64,000 bases of DNA, taken from contig NC_057753.1 of the NCBI RefSeq assembly GCF_004010195.1, forward strand, positions 6,841,960 through 6,905,959, in the 5' to 3' direction. Source of the stretch: Chiloscyllium plagiosum (taxonomy: Eukaryota). Below the pieces are notes generated by a model. That model had not been told where the DNA came from. It made no database searches and worked only from the letters and a program-made list of their open reading frames with translations. Made by a program: the position numbers and the translations under genes. Shown piece by piece: positions 38,500-52,834 of the stretch (positions are counted from its first letter, which is position 1; the number at the start of each line of letters is the position of its first letter).

Positions 38500-40195
38500 A
38501 CCAGTCTTGGTGTGGGACTGGTCAGACACTTTCACCTCACCTCTGGAATTCAGCTAATTTGTCAAACTGAATCAAGACTGGAACAAGGTCAGGAGCTGAG
38601 TGGACCTGGTGGAACCCAAACTGGATGTCGCTGAACAGATGCTGCTTGATACGATTGTCGAGAACACTTTCCAACACTTTAGTGCTGATCGAGAGTAGAC
38701 AGATAGGGTGGTAATCGGTCAGGTTGGAATTGGCCTGCTTTTTGTGTACCTGGACATAATCCACATTCGTAGATGTCCATGCTGGAGTGGTACTGGAATA
38801 GCTTGGCTTGGAAGGTGGGAAGTTCTAGAGCATAAATCTTCAATACTATTGCCAGAATGTTGGCAGAGCCCATAGACTTTGCAGTGTCCAGTGTCTCCAG
38901 CTGTTTCTTGATACCACGTGGAGTGAATCGAATTGGGTTGAAGACTGGCGTCTGTGATGTTTGTGGAGAAGGCTGAGATGAATCATCCGCTTGGCACTTC
39001 TGTCTGAGGATTCTTGGAAGTGCTTTCATCTTCTCCCTTGCACAGATGGTTTTGACTCTCCCATCAATGTGAGTGGGGATATTTGTTGATTCGTCTCCTC
39101 CAGTGAGTTTCATTTTTAAAAGTTCTTTCCTTTTTGTGGGATGCAGGTGTCGCTGGCTGGGCCAGCATGAATTGCCCATTCCTAGTTGCCCTTGTGAAGG
39201 TGGTGGTGAGCTGTCTTCTTGAACCGCTGCAGTCCACCTGCTGTGGGTTGATCCACAGTGCCGTTAGGGAGGGAATTCCAGGGTTTTGGCCTAGCGACAG
39301 TGAAGGAACAGCGATATATTTTTAAGTCCAGACTAGGTCAGGATGGCAGACTTTGTTCCCTGAAGGACATTAGTGAACCAGATGGGTTTTTCCTGACATC
39401 AACAACCTTTCATGGTGATCATTAGATTCTTAATTCCACATTGTTGGTTATTGAATTCAAATTCTACCATCTGCTGTGATTCGAACCCAGGTCCCCAGAA
39501 CATTAGCTGAGTTTCTGGATTAATAATCTAGCCATAATACCATCTCCTACCCTGTTGTCCGTACCACTTGTGAAAAGGTATAGCAAAACTACAGACCGGT
39601 TGAATAGAGGATATACCTGGTCATGAGGTTACAGATTGTGTTTTTGAGTACAGTTTTGCTGCTGTTGATGGCCCACCTGGATCCTCGTAGATTTCCAGTC
39701 TTAAGTTGCCTGATGTGTTCCAACTCTGACCTATTTAGAATAGTAATACTGCTGGGCAACACAATGGCGTATGCTCTGAATGTGAAGGAGGGACTTTGTC
39801 TCTGTAAGGAATGTGAGATGGTCACTCTTATCAATACTGTTACAGACAGATGCAACTGCAGATTGGTAAGGATGAGGTCAAGTATGTTTTTCCCTCTTGT
39901 TGGTTCCCTCCCACCACCTGCTCCAAACCCAGTCTAGGAGCTATGTCCTTAAGGAGATCATTAGCTCGAGTACTGCTGTCAAGCCACACTCGGTGGTGGA
40001 TGTTGAGATCTACCACATTTTGCGTCATTGCCACCTTCCGTGTTCCCATCATGTGGTGTTCAGCATGGAGGAGTATTGGCTCATCAGCTGAGAGAGGACG
40101 GTACATGGGTAATCTGTAGGAGGTTTCCTTCCCCATGTTTAACCTGAAACCAGGATCCTTCATGGGATCTGGAGTCAATATTGAGGACTTTTTCT
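38500..40195 (-). mobile_element. Non-LTR retrotransposon fragments of a family distinct from the main CR1s (APE and RT relics, plus 3' end)
   Basis: PIRFTPRGIKKQLETLDTAKSMG, DYHPICLLSIS and QFGFHQ; APE-like segment at 39600-40190. Confidence 0.75.
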
Positions 40196-40889
40196 GATGA
40201 TTGGCAGTGCTTCCATGGCAATCAGTACATTCTGACTTCCAGTTTTTTTAAAATTGAATTCCAATTCCATCATCTGCCGAGGTGGGATTCACACCCAGAC
40301 TTTGTTCTGGATAAAAGTTAAATAAATCCGTTTGTTGTTCATTTTTAAATATCACCAGCACCATTCTTATTTCCTTCCAAAACACTGTCCATCATCCTGT
40401 CTCCTCCACCCTCCCCTCCAGAAACAAGTGTGAGAGGCACCTGAATTTTCTTTGTCCTCGGACTGAGACAAACTGACCGGCTGCCTCTCATATTTCCGTC
40501 CTTTCCACTCGCCAACCAGGCCAAACTGCCTTGCATGTGGCTCTTCAATTACTCTTAAATTTGCAACCTGATTTTCAAGCCTTCTCAGAGCTCATCTTGA
40601 CCCTTAGCTTATTCTGGTTAAAGTACAAACATTGTAACTCTCTGTCTCTCGCTCTCTCTCTCTCTTTCTCTCTCATGCTCTGTCTCTCGCGTTCTCTCTG
40701 TCTTCTTCTCACCCTCACCTTCTTCCTGTACCATGTCTCTTGCCCCATGCCAGTTCACAGAGATTGTTACTCGTTTTGTCAGTTTCTCTTTACCTGGTTA
40801 TGTCCTCCTCACCTATTCTGTTAAAAAATAACTTTGTCCTCGTCATCCTTGGAAAATGACAGACCATTTCCATTCTGCCTTTCCTCTCT

Positions 40890-41265
40890 GAAGTCCTTGT
40901 ATTTGGTGTCCCTCAAGGATCTATCCTTGGTCCCTCCTGTTTCTCATCTACATACTTCCAGATGGTGGTGAGGTAGAGCTGGGCATTGTCAGTGAACATG
41001 TGAAAATTAACATCGTCCTAAAGCACCGTGTTAGTTTTCACATGTTCACTGACATTGCCCAGCTCTACCTCACCACCATCCCTCTCCATTGCTCCACTGT
41101 TACTCAATTGCTAAACTGCTTCCAGTACTCAATGAGTAGAAATATTCTCCAAGGAAACACTGGGATGGTTAATCCCATTGCCTTCTCTTACTGTTACAAA
41201 TTACTTTCCCTTACTACCAAGTCTATTCCTCTGGCTGGGAACTGTCTGAGGCTGATCTATAATCC
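40890..41265 (+). mobile_element. L2-like RT relic
   Basis: GVPQGSILGP and FHMFTDIAQLYL. Confidence 0.65.
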
Positions 41266-42285
41266 ATAAGACATAGGAGCAGAAATTAGGACATTCAGCT
41301 CATGAAGTCTGTTTCACCATTCAATCATGGCTAATAGGTTTCTCAAACCCATTCTCCCGCTTTCTCCCCATAAACCTTGATCCCCAAGAACCTATCTATC
41401 TCACTCATAAATATACTCAATGACCTGGTCTCCACAGCCTTCTGTGAGAGTAAATTCCATAAATTCACCACTCTCTGGATGAAGAAGTTTCTCCTTATCT
41501 CCATTCTAAAAGGCCTTCACTCGAAGGCTATACTCTTGAGTCCTAGTCTCTCCTACCAATGGGAACATCTACTCTGTTCAGGCCATTTAGTATTCTATGT
41601 TTCAATTAGCTCCCCTTTCAGCCTTCTAAAATCCACTGAGTATAAACCCAGAGTCATCAAACGTTCCTCACTATTCCCAGTATTGTTCTCATGTCTGACC
41701 TCAAGATGAGCGTCTGACCACAGATGTGCACAACCTCAAAGAACAGAAATTTCAATCTGTAAAATGTTGCTTGTATCACTTCACCCCGGCTCATTTGCAA
41801 CGGAAACCCTTATACGTATCTTTGTTGCCTTAAATTTGACAATTCCGAAACATAACCCCCTCATTCCCGACTGATCAAGAATCTGGTCCTAAACTGCCTC
41901 ATGAAGGGAAGCATCCTCTCAGCATTTACCGTGTCAAACCCCTTAAGAATCCTGTAATTTTCGATGAGATCACCTCTCAATCTTCCAATGTCTGGTGAGT
42001 AGATTTCCAGCCTGTTTAGCCTTTGCTTAAAAGACTGTCCGTTAAAGGGATAATTCTAGTGAATCATCTCTGAATTGCATCTATTGAAGTGATATATTTA
42101 TTTACATAAGTGGTCCAAAGCTGTTCACATTACTGCAGATGTGGTCTCCCAACACTTTTGTACAATTGCAGTAAGACTTCCTTACTCTTATCCTTCAAGC
42201 CCCTTGAAATAAGGGACAACATTGCATTGCCATTCCTGATTACCCTTGGCAACAATGTGGTAACTTTCTGTGTTTCATCTCAAAA
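41265..42285 (-). mobile_element. Two old CR1 3' fragments
   Basis: ccataagacataggagcagaa tail followed by the reverse complement of the RT C-terminus. Confidence 0.7.
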
Positions 42286-43519
42286 GAATTGTAACACCAA
42301 ACTCTGACAATTACTCAATTCATCAGGACATGGACATCCGCATCGTGTGAGAGAGTATTGTCTTCCAGCTCATTCCCACTCGCTGCATAAAATTTCTTCC
42401 TTTCATCAGCTCATTCTCTCAGTTTAAGATTTTGGGAAAGATCGACTATGTGTCCTGTAATTCTTTTATGATCAGCTGACAAACGTTTTATCATCCCAAT
42501 CTTTTGTAAATCCTTCCATCAAAGCTCCCCTCAATTTCCTTTGCTACAAAGAGAACGATATCAGTTTTTTTGAACCTCTGATTCCCCAATACCTGTTTGC
42601 TATCTATACGGCACACATCAGGATTGTGTTGGAACATTCTGTACTTGCCTGCCTCGTTGCAAGCCCCAGTAATATTAAAGAAAGTGAACATGCTCCAGAC
42701 TAAGCACTGTCTCATTCACCGCTTTCAATATTCCCTCTCTCCACCACCAAGGCATAGTGGCATGATCGTAAAATGTAAAGCCAGCATTGTCCTACCAGAC
42801 TAGACAGTTGCTCGTTCCTTACAGAAAGATGACTGGTGACGGTTTAACCTGAAGGTTACCACACCCCAGATGAGGGGAGAGATTCAGAAGGAGATTCTAT
42901 CTATTGTGGATGGATATTCTGGATATGTATCAGCAACACCCATGTCACTTGAACAAATAATGTGAAAAAAATGCGATCATACAACTAAAATCCCTCATTC
43001 CTAGAACCATCCTTTACACTGTCTGGGTGATCTCTGGTTTGCACAGGCCCAGATGCTGGGAAATGTCATTATGCAGTAACAATAACACTGAACCTTACTG
43101 TGTCTGAGGGTGGTGGATGCAGAAATCCTGATAACATTTAAGACATGTTTAGATGCACATTTGCAATGCCAAAGTGGGCAAGGCTATGAGCCAAGTGCTG
43201 GAAAATAGGATTTGACTAATTCAATGGTTGCTTTTAACTAGCACCGACTTGATCGGCCACAAAATTTTTCCCTGTGCCGTAGACGTCCGAGATACTTGAC
43301 ATCGGAATATCGCAGGCAACATTTGAAATCAGGTCAGAGAAGGAGATAGTAGAAGAGACAGCAAATGATTGGTCCATGTTTTCGGGAGGAAATGAGGTTG
43401 AGAGGGAGGAAATCCTGGAGCTCAACCTAAGAATCTGAAAGTGCCACCATCAAGGAGAGAAATAAAAATTAAGTATCCTCATTAGGATGGTATTAGACGA
43501 AAGTATGTATCTCAGTGAT

Positions 43520-43800
43520 TTGGGAGGCCGGAGAAGATTTGAGATGGGGAGGGTTATGAGGTTGGAGGAGGTTATAGAGAGAAGAAGGATTGTGAGGCCA
43601 AAGGAGATTACAGAGAAAAGGAATTTTGTGGGCTATGGAGGAGATTACTGTGGTAGGGAGGTTTGTGATGCTGGATGAGATTAGAGGTAGGGACGTTTTG
43701 TATGGACTGAAGATATTTGCAGAGGTAGGGAGGATTGTGATGCTAGACGGTATTACAGAGATAAGAAGAATTGTGAGGCTGCAGGAGATTATAGTCTGAA
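43520..43800. repeat. Degenerate ~34-bp purine-rich minisatellite
   Basis: Recurrent ggagattacagag...ggattgtgagg units; reverse-complement relative at 55600-55905. Confidence 0.6.
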
Positions 43801-45729
43801 CAGTACTGTGGTGTACTCAGAGCACGTGGACTGCAGCAATTCAAGAAAGTTGTTCACCACCACTTTGTCCGAGTCAGATAAACATGGAGAATAAGTACTG
43901 GCCTGGGCAGCCATCAACACACCCCGTTCATAACCTAAAATTATGGTGGGTTTCTGTTTTGTGGAGAGCTAGCAGAAGCTCAGATAATTGTCCTTGCAGC
44001 TTAGAAGGTTAAGCAATGATTTATTCGAGTTGTATATTTGTTCCCAGGATATTTAATTTGTAGAGACAGAATGAAAATATTAACGTTGTTACAATGTTTG
44101 ATAACCACAGAATATAAGTTTCAGATATTTAGCAAATAATGCCGGGTGAATTCAGCATGTTCTGAGGATCTGGAACAGTCTGAACTGGATGGAGATTCAG
44201 CAGTTATTCTCGAAAGAGATTTGGAATTTAACTTTTAAATGAAAGATTAAGAGGGCTGTGGGCAAATGGCAGGGAAATTGGGACAGATTTGGAGGATTTC
44301 TAGGGTTAGATTAAAGCCTTTGACAAGGTTCTGCATGGTTGTCTAATTAGTAAAGTTACATCATAGGGAGAGCTTGCCAATTGGGTACAACATTGGCTTT
44401 AAGGTAGGAGACAGACGGTGATGGTGGAGGGTTGTTTTTCACAGTGGAGGCCTGTGATCAGTAGTGTTCCACAGAGTTTGGTATGAGGTCCATTTGTGTT
44501 TCTTTTATATGAATGATTTGGATGAAGATATAGAGAGTATGGTAAGTACATTTGTAGATAATAATTAAATTAAATAGTGAATAGGTTGCTGTAGCAACCC
44601 ATGGCTAAGTTGACAAAATGGCCGCTCGGGCTTTTTTAAACTAACACAAAATGGCCGAAAGGGTTTGACAGTTACAGACACCAGATGTTCACAGCTCAAC
44701 TTGTAGTCTTCATATGAGATTGTCTGGGTAAAATGAAATTCTCCGTCAGAAGAGACGTTAAGGAAGTTAATCAAGTTTCTGTGAATGGGCAGTTTTAAAC
44801 ATCCAGGCATTCTAATAAGGGGCATTTTGCAAGGCCTAATTTAGCCAAGTTCCAAGTTTGTTATTTAGTAAAATGTAGAAGGAAAAGCCTGATCGTACAG
44901 TATTCTGAAATGTTTAAGTAATTGTCAAATTAGAAATGCAAATCACAAATTAGAGTGAAAAAGTTAGTTACAAACTTGAGCAAATGTTTATAAGCAGTAA
45001 AGAGGCCCAATGCATTTTGAGGGAAGATAAAGTAATAATTAGTGTAAACACGACCTTCAAAAAACCATTGACATAGAAGAAAGGTTGTAAATAGAGAGGT
45101 CATGACTGGGAAGGTAAACAACTGAAACTTAAGTGCAGATATAGATAATTTGGACAAATTCCTACATCCAAAGATCAAGGAAAGATTGATAAAGTCAGAT
45201 TACAAAATTTAGAGTGACAATGTGATTTTTTTGTGAAATTTAAAGTTTTGTTTACTGGCTTGGTAAAATTGTAAAGTGGTTGAATTTCACTCTCATCAGA
45301 TGCTTTTACAAAGAAAAGATCATTTGCAATGTGAAATGTTTACAGTGGAAACAGTAAAGATTTGTTTAAAAATGAAATTTGAGATTAAAATCCGCTTACA
45401 GCACGTAGATGGCAGTGGTCGTAAACTGCAATTGCATGTCAGAGAGACTGTTGTTTGATGTCTCAAACAAGTGAAAGAGGGTTGCTCTCAATTTGCCATC
45501 TGTGTCAATTTAACTTTATATTAGAGTTGATTTTAAAGGCTTTATAACAATTGTTACAGATTAATATCCTTCCTAATCTGCTATACTATTAATAAAGTTA
45601 GTACAGAATGTGTAAGATTTCTTAGTGAAAAGCAAGTATTTGGGTTATTGGTATATAATGTGGTGCAGCTGGTAAGTCTCTGGGAAGAAATAAAACTGTC
45701 AGAAGCATTGTAAGATCCCAAAGATAGAT

Positions 45730-45962
45730 GAGCTGAAAATGTGTTGCTGGAAAAGCGCAGCAGGTCAGGCAGCATCCAGGGAACAGGAGAATCGACGTTT
45801 CGGGCATAAGCCCTTCTTCAGGAAGCCCTTCCTCATTCCTGAAGAAGGGCTTATGCCCGAAACGTCGATTCTCCTGTTCCCTGGATGCTGCCTGACCTGC
45901 TGCGCTTTTCCAGCAACACATTTTCAGCTCTGATCTCCAGCATCTGCAGACCTCACTTTCTC
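45730..45962. mobile_element. Young fold-back PLE-terminus element with perfect 95-bp inverted arms
   Basis: Arms 45730-45824 and 45836-45930; TSD CCCAAAGATAGATGA at 45717-45731 and 45963-45977. Confidence 0.92.
45835..45870 (+). ncRNA. Minimal type-I hammerhead ribozyme motif (mirror copy on the minus strand at ~45790-45825)
   Basis: CUGAAGA-A-GGGC-UUAU-GCCC-GAAAC-GUC; predicted cut after 45866. Confidence 0.75.
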
Positions 45963-46553
45963 CCCAAAGATAGATGATGAAGACATCTGATAAACATCAT
46001 GAGATTATGGGAGGACCTAGGGCAGTCCGTCGAGTTGCCATCATTGATCATGGATTGTATGTACAGCTTAGGGGAATGTGGCTAACAATGACATCAATGT
46101 TGCATGTCATTATTATAACGAAGGGTATAAAAATATATTTCACTGGGGAGCTCAGTGGCTTTCCGATCTGAGCTGTGATTAAGAGGGCAATTAAGCCCCA
46201 TGTGAAAGGCAGATTTGGGGTGTCTCTGGCTTCTCCCACAAATGTGGCAATAGAACTCTAAATAAAGGCCACTTTGGCGAAGAAACGCAGAACTTAAGAC
46301 TCGTCTTTGGTAGGCAAATCAAAGGTAAATCTAAGATTACAAAGAGGTATTGGTCAACGAGGTGAGGAGTGGGAGAGGGTTTAATTTTGTTAAGTGTGAG
46401 TTAAGGATATAAAGATAGAACATACAAATTATTAGTAGGGCCTGGATAGTGTTGTATAATAGAGAGACCTAGGGGTTCAGGTACATAATTCTTTGTAGTT
46501 TGTATCACAGCTGGTTAAGAAGGGGTTTAGTATGCTTGCCTTCATTGTTCAGT

Positions 46554-46783
46554 GTTGAAACTTTATTGCTGGAACAGCACAGCAGGTCAGGCAGCATCCA
46601 GGGAACAGGAGATTCGACGTTTCGGGCACAGGCCCTTCTTCAGGAAGCCCTTCCTCATTCCTGAAGAAGGGCTTATGCCCGAAACGTCGAATCTCCTGTT
46701 CCCTGGATGCTGCCTGACCTGCTGTGCTGTTCCAGCAATAAAGTTTCAACTTTGATCTCCAGCATCTGCAGACCTCACTTTCT
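46554..46783. mobile_element. Young fold-back PLE-terminus element with 93-bp arms
   Basis: Arms 46554-46646 and 46658-46750; TSD CCTTCATTGTTCAGT at 46539-46553 and 46784-46798. Confidence 0.92.
46657..46692 (+). ncRNA. Minimal type-I hammerhead ribozyme motif
   Basis: AUUC-CUGAAGA-A-GGGCUUAUGCCC-GAAAC-GUC-GAAU; 4-bp helix I. Confidence 0.8.
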
Positions 46784-48229
46784 CCTTCATTGTTCAGTCC
46801 CTTGAGTACAAGAGTTGGGAAGTCCTGTTGCGGTTGCAGAGGACATTGCTGAGGCTTCTTCTGGAGTACTGTGTGCAGTTCCAGTCTCCTGTTGAAGAAA
46901 TGATATTGTTCAACTGGAGAGGGTTGAGAAAAGATTTTGCGGCATGTTGCCTGGAGTAGACTGAAAAGGCTGGATTTTTTTTTTCCACTGGAGCGTAGGA
47001 GGTTGAGGGGTGACCAAATTGATGTTTATAAAATGAGGGGAATAGATTAAGTGAGTAACAAAAGTCTTTTCCCTTGGGTGGGTGACTTCAAAACTAGGGA
47101 AGCACATTTTTAAGGCGAGAGGAAATATTTTAAAAAGGAAAGGAAGGGTATTTTTTTTTAAACAAGGTGATTCATGTGTGAAATGTGAGGGAGAAGTGGA
47201 TGTATGCCCGGTCGTAATGTTTATAAAAGACATGTTGATAAATTTACACCAATGGGAAAGTTTTGGAGCTGTATGGGCCAAAAGCAGGCAGATGGGACCA
47301 GTTTAGTTTGGGAACATGGTCGGCGTGGGCTGGTTGGACCGAAGGGTCTGTTTCATGCTGTATGACTGTGAGAGAGTACAGCTGCAATGGGCTGAATGGA
47401 CCTCAACCCCAGTGCTCTGTGATACTGTTCCATTCACTGTGAATGGTGAAGCTCATCCCAGGGCAGGGAGAGAGAGGATCCCATCACTTACCTCACAATG
47501 GGGCCCAGCTGATTGACAGGTGTATGCATGCACAGGTTTCCTAATGCAAGGGGAGTGCTGCTGGGGTTTGAGGATTCGAATGCAGCCAATTTAAACCAAG
47601 GTAAATGATTGTCATTTCGAGGTTTCTGCTTTGGACTGACAGTACATTTTCGTGAACTTCTTTTGCAGGATATTAATTGAGAATAATTTGCACTCCAGGA
47701 TCTCAAAACACGTTCTGACAGAGTCAGCAGAGCCATCAGGACCTGAATATTATTGGCGTTTACTGTGGAAGGAAAAAGGTTTGTCTATGGGAAAAATATT
47801 TCCAAAATGGTTGTAATTCAAAACACAGCAAGTTGTTCAGGCTCCTGTGTCTGGGCCCTGCAGCTGAGGAAGGAGATATTGCCTTGACGGGGGCCGGGGC
47901 ACAGATTTATACAGGTAACACCTCATCTCTTGGGACAAACTGTTATATTTACTCCCAGTCTCACACTTCACGATTAGAGCCTATAAGTTTCTCATTGTCT
48001 AAAGAGCTGCAAATTCCCATTTTTAAATTTGTTATGAATTTGCAATCCAGCACCCCTTCTGCTGGGATGTTCCAGATCCCGACAACTCTCTGTTGATCCA
48101 GAAACTGCAGAATTCTGTGTGAAGTCTGGAGGGTTATTAAGGGTTATATTGAGAAATGGGAGACTCTTCCCCGAGCTCCCATGGAGCTTCACTGCACGAG
48201 TCAGAGTGGTCCCTGTGAGTGCTGCTTCG

Positions 48230-49400
48230 CTAAACAAGACCGCTTTGGAGTTGTGTGAAATCGGTGAGACAGGGTGACGGTAAAGCTGAAAGAATGAGAG
48301 CTGTCTCAGTCTGGGCAATTCAGAAAGTGACATGCTCCCAACAGAAACAGCCATTTGGTGAGTGATACCTGCAGAATATTTTCTTAGATGTTTTAAAGGA
48401 CAGTAAATATAGAGGTTTTCAATTACAATAGAAGATCTTGAAATGAAGAGAGGTCCCTCACTGAATTACATTCTCTTGAAGGGAGTAACTAGCTTAATCT
48501 CGAGAGAAGTCACGACAGGAGACCTTCGATTCTTTCCTTGCACAATGTGGCAAATAAGGGAGACTTTCGGTATCCCTGATGGCTACCCATGCAGAAAGTG
48601 TGTCCATCCGCAGCTACGGGATGACCGCCTTTTAGAGCTGGAGCAGCAGGTGGATTCACACTGCAAGTGAAGGTTGCCTGGGCAGAAGGGGAATGGGTGA
48701 CCATCAGACAAAGGAAAAGGCTCGGGAAGGAAGTGCAGCAGTTTGCTGTGATTGTTCCCATCTCAAACGGACATATCACTTTGGATACTGTTGTGGGAGA
48801 GGTAGCAAACAGCCAAGTTCATGCACCACATGGGTTGCTGTACTACCCAGAACAGAAGGAAAATGAGTGCCAGAGCTACAGTGATAGGGTACTCAAAAGT
48901 AAGGCCTACAGCCAAGTGTTTTTGTGGCTGCAGACATGTATCCAGGATGGTACGTTGCCTCCCTGGTGCCGGGATCAGGGATATCATGAAGCGGCTACAG
49001 GAAATACTGGAGCTGGAGGGTGAATGGCCAGTGGTTGTGGTCGGCTACGTACTAGTGACCGAGGGACACAAAGGACTGAAAGCTGAATACAGGAAGAGAG
49101 GGAGTACTTTAAAATGCAGCGCCGCAAATGCTGCAATGTCAGGTTCAGTCCCAGTGTCACGTGCACGTAAGAGCAGGAATAGGAGGATAGATCAGATGAA
49201 TTTGTGGTTGGAGAAATGGTGAAGCAGAGCAGGGTTCAGAATCTGAGGCATTGGGACAGTTTCTGGGAAAGTTGTATATGTTTGACCAATAATATACGCG
49301 GGCAGAGCGGGGACAAATTTTCTCACGGGGCTTTTGCGAGTTCTGTTGGTGAAGTTTTGATGTAGTATAGCAGGGGAATGGGAACCTAAGTGTTGGCTTG
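48230..49400 (+). mobile_element. CR1 5' end with decayed ORF1 (Cys-rich region and SGNH-esterase-like domain)
   Basis: PCTMWQIRE...YPCRKC, ATVIGYSKVR, RCLPGAGIRD and MNLWLEKW. Confidence 0.8.
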
Positions 49401-49879
49401 GCAGTTGGGTCAGGTTCAGGTCAGGAAACAGGAGGCAGCACATTAGTTATTGATGTCGTCAATGGCTCAGAAAAACAAATGAGGATTAAACAAGGATCGA
49501 ATGTCTCATCATATGTCCATCATAATATCTCAGGAATCAGTCTGGTGAACCTTTGTTTCCTTCTCTCATTAGCCAGAGGATACGTTCTTGGGAAAAGAAA
49601 GCAAAAGTACACATATTATTCCAGGTGCCCTTATCGAAATATATCCCTTCTCCTGTATTCAAATCCTCTCACTCTGAGGCCAACGTATCATTTGCGTTCT
49701 TCACTGCATGCTGCGACTACTGAAAGAGTTAGAGAAACACAAATGATGTAAAATTATTGTATGCAGTTTCCCCATTACATCCGTGCTGGTCAGCAAGTAC
49801 CTACAGATGCCAGTCCCATTTCCCAGTAATCAGTATATAACCTGTTATTTACAGTACTTTGTATGATCATGTAAATGCT

Positions 49880-50795
49880 TAAAGTCAGGCAGCACAGAAA
49901 CAGATTCTTCCGTCCAACCAGTTCACAACAAAGATAATCTCAAACTAAACTAGTCCCACCCGCCTACTCCTGGCCCATATCCCTCCAAACCTCTGCTGTT
50001 CATGTACTTATCTAAGTGTCTTAAATGTTGGAACCATACTTACAGCTAACACTTCTTCAGGAACTTCATTCCACACTCAAACTGCCCTCTGCCTAAAACA
50101 AAATTGCTCCTCATATCTTTTTAAAATGTTTTTCCTCTCACCTTAAAAATATGCCCCCTAGTCTTGAAATCCCCCATTCTTGGGAAAAGACCTACCATTA
50201 ACTCTATCCATACCCCTCATGACCTAATAAACCTCTGTAAGTTCATTTCTTAAGCTCCAATGCCGCAGTGAAGAAAAGTCCCAGCCTATCCAGCCTTTCT
50301 TTATATCTCAAACCTTCCACTCCCAGCAGCATCTTGGTAAATCTCTTCTGAACCCTCTCCAGCTTTAGTAATATCTTTCCTTTAACTGGCCGACCAGAAC
50401 TGGGCACAGTACTTCAGAAACTGCACCACCAATGTTCTGTCCAACCTCAACGTGGCATCCCAACTCCTCGACTCGAAGTACTGAGCGGTGAAGGCAAGCA
50501 CTCTAAAAACTTTTTTAACCACCCAATCAATAAGTGATGCAAATGTCAAAGAATTATGTAACTGGGCCACTAGCTCTCTCACTTCTCCAACATTAGCCTA
50601 GGCCCATGTTTGTTGTAGCAAAATACAATACCTTGCTTTTATCCACATTGAACTCCATCCAACTCTCCTCAGCCCATTGACCCATTTGATCAAGATCCCT
50701 TTGTAATGTTAGAAAACTTTTTCACAATCCGCTATGCCACCAATTTTGGTGTTGTCTGCAAAAGTACTCACCATACCTTCTATATTCTCATCTAA
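49880..50795 (-). mobile_element. CR1 3' fragment
   Basis: FLKYCAQFWS on the minus strand; 3' UTR present. Confidence 0.85.
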
Positions 50796-50904
50796 TATTT
50801 CCTGCATTTGCCACCATTTCCGATTCTCTCTGTGTCTCTCTCTCTTTCTCTCACACACACACACTCTTGCTTGTCACAAGCTGATTATCTCGGGATTTGG
50901 AACA

Positions 50905-51815
<911 letters not shown>

Positions 51816-52834
51816 CCACAGTTGAAGGATTTTGCTCTTTCTCACACCAAGCAATGAACTGTGCTCTTTGCACATTTCTTCTGATGTTACTAATCCCTGC
51901 TCAATTAAAGTTATTGATACTTTCAATAAAATAGTAGTAACGATTGTGCATCTATCAGATAGGTTTTGGATATTATCACTTTGTCATGGTACATCAACAC
52001 ATTAACACTGGGTTAAGACTGTCCACCTGCACAGTTGGTAATAAGGGATTTCCTGGTTCGTCTGCCCCTTTCTGAATTGTGACTGAGCACCACACTTGGT
52101 CTTTCAGCTTCATCTTCTCTTTGTTTCACCTAACTCCCTGTTTTCACCCAACCCCAAAACACTTTCATCTTGCCAAACAGCATTCCCAGTGCAGCCTAGG
52201 CATTTTAATTTTCTGCTCACACCCACTCTGATCCCAGTGTCCTGTACTGTCCCAGTGAAGCTCAGTGGGACCTCAGGGAAGAGTATCCTTTCTTTAATTC
52301 AGCTATTTATAATTCTCTGGACTCAGCATGGAATTTAGCAGTTTCTGAGTCAAGAGAGTTTGAAGAATCTGAAAAGGTGCTGAATCTTGATGCCATAAAA
52401 CATTTTAAAAGGGAATTTGCAGATGATGAGGAATTTATCGGTTAAAATCATGAAGTGGGTGACTTGAACATTTCATTCAAAGAGATGACGTATTATTTAG
52501 ATAAATCTGTCCTCCCTCTCGGGCCAATAGCTCCTTCCTCAGTTGCAGGCCCCAGAACTGAATGCATACCTCAAGGGTGGTTTACCCACCAATTTGAACA
52601 CTTTGCTGCTTTTGAAGTGACAATCATGTCGGAGATATTTTCCCCACACATAAAACAAACCTTTCCACTTACACAGTGAATGCCAATGGAATTCAAATCC
52701 AGATGGCTCTGCAGACTCTGTCAGAATGTGTTTTGAGATCTTGGTGTGCAAATTATTCTCAATTAATATCCTGTAAAATGAGTTCACAAAGGAAAAATCC
52801 ATTGTCAGTCCAGGATAGAAATCTGGAAAGGGCA

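Larger units (their letters stand above)
44590..46321 (+). mobile_element. Candidate long solo LTR or other unclassified insertion
   Basis: Starts TGT inside CR1; TATAAA at ~46126 and AATAAA at 46261 near the 3' end; no clear TSD. Confidence 0.4.
44300..47370 (+). mobile_element. CR1 3' part split by a ~1.7-kb LTR-like insert and a PLE palindrome
   Basis: RT sequence at 44310-44589 resumes at ~46322. Confidence 0.75.

Noticed and set aside
45730..45962. DNA-transposon MITE
   Set aside because: The inverted arms are not terminal on both sides, TSDs are long and variable, and the sequence is a hammerhead-bearing PLE-type terminus.
45622..46755. Small ORFs repeated on both strands (MCCWKSAAGQ..., LMPETSILLFPGCCLTCC)
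   Set aside because: They are by-products of palindromic repeat sequence; the conservation is explained by RNA structure and recent copying.
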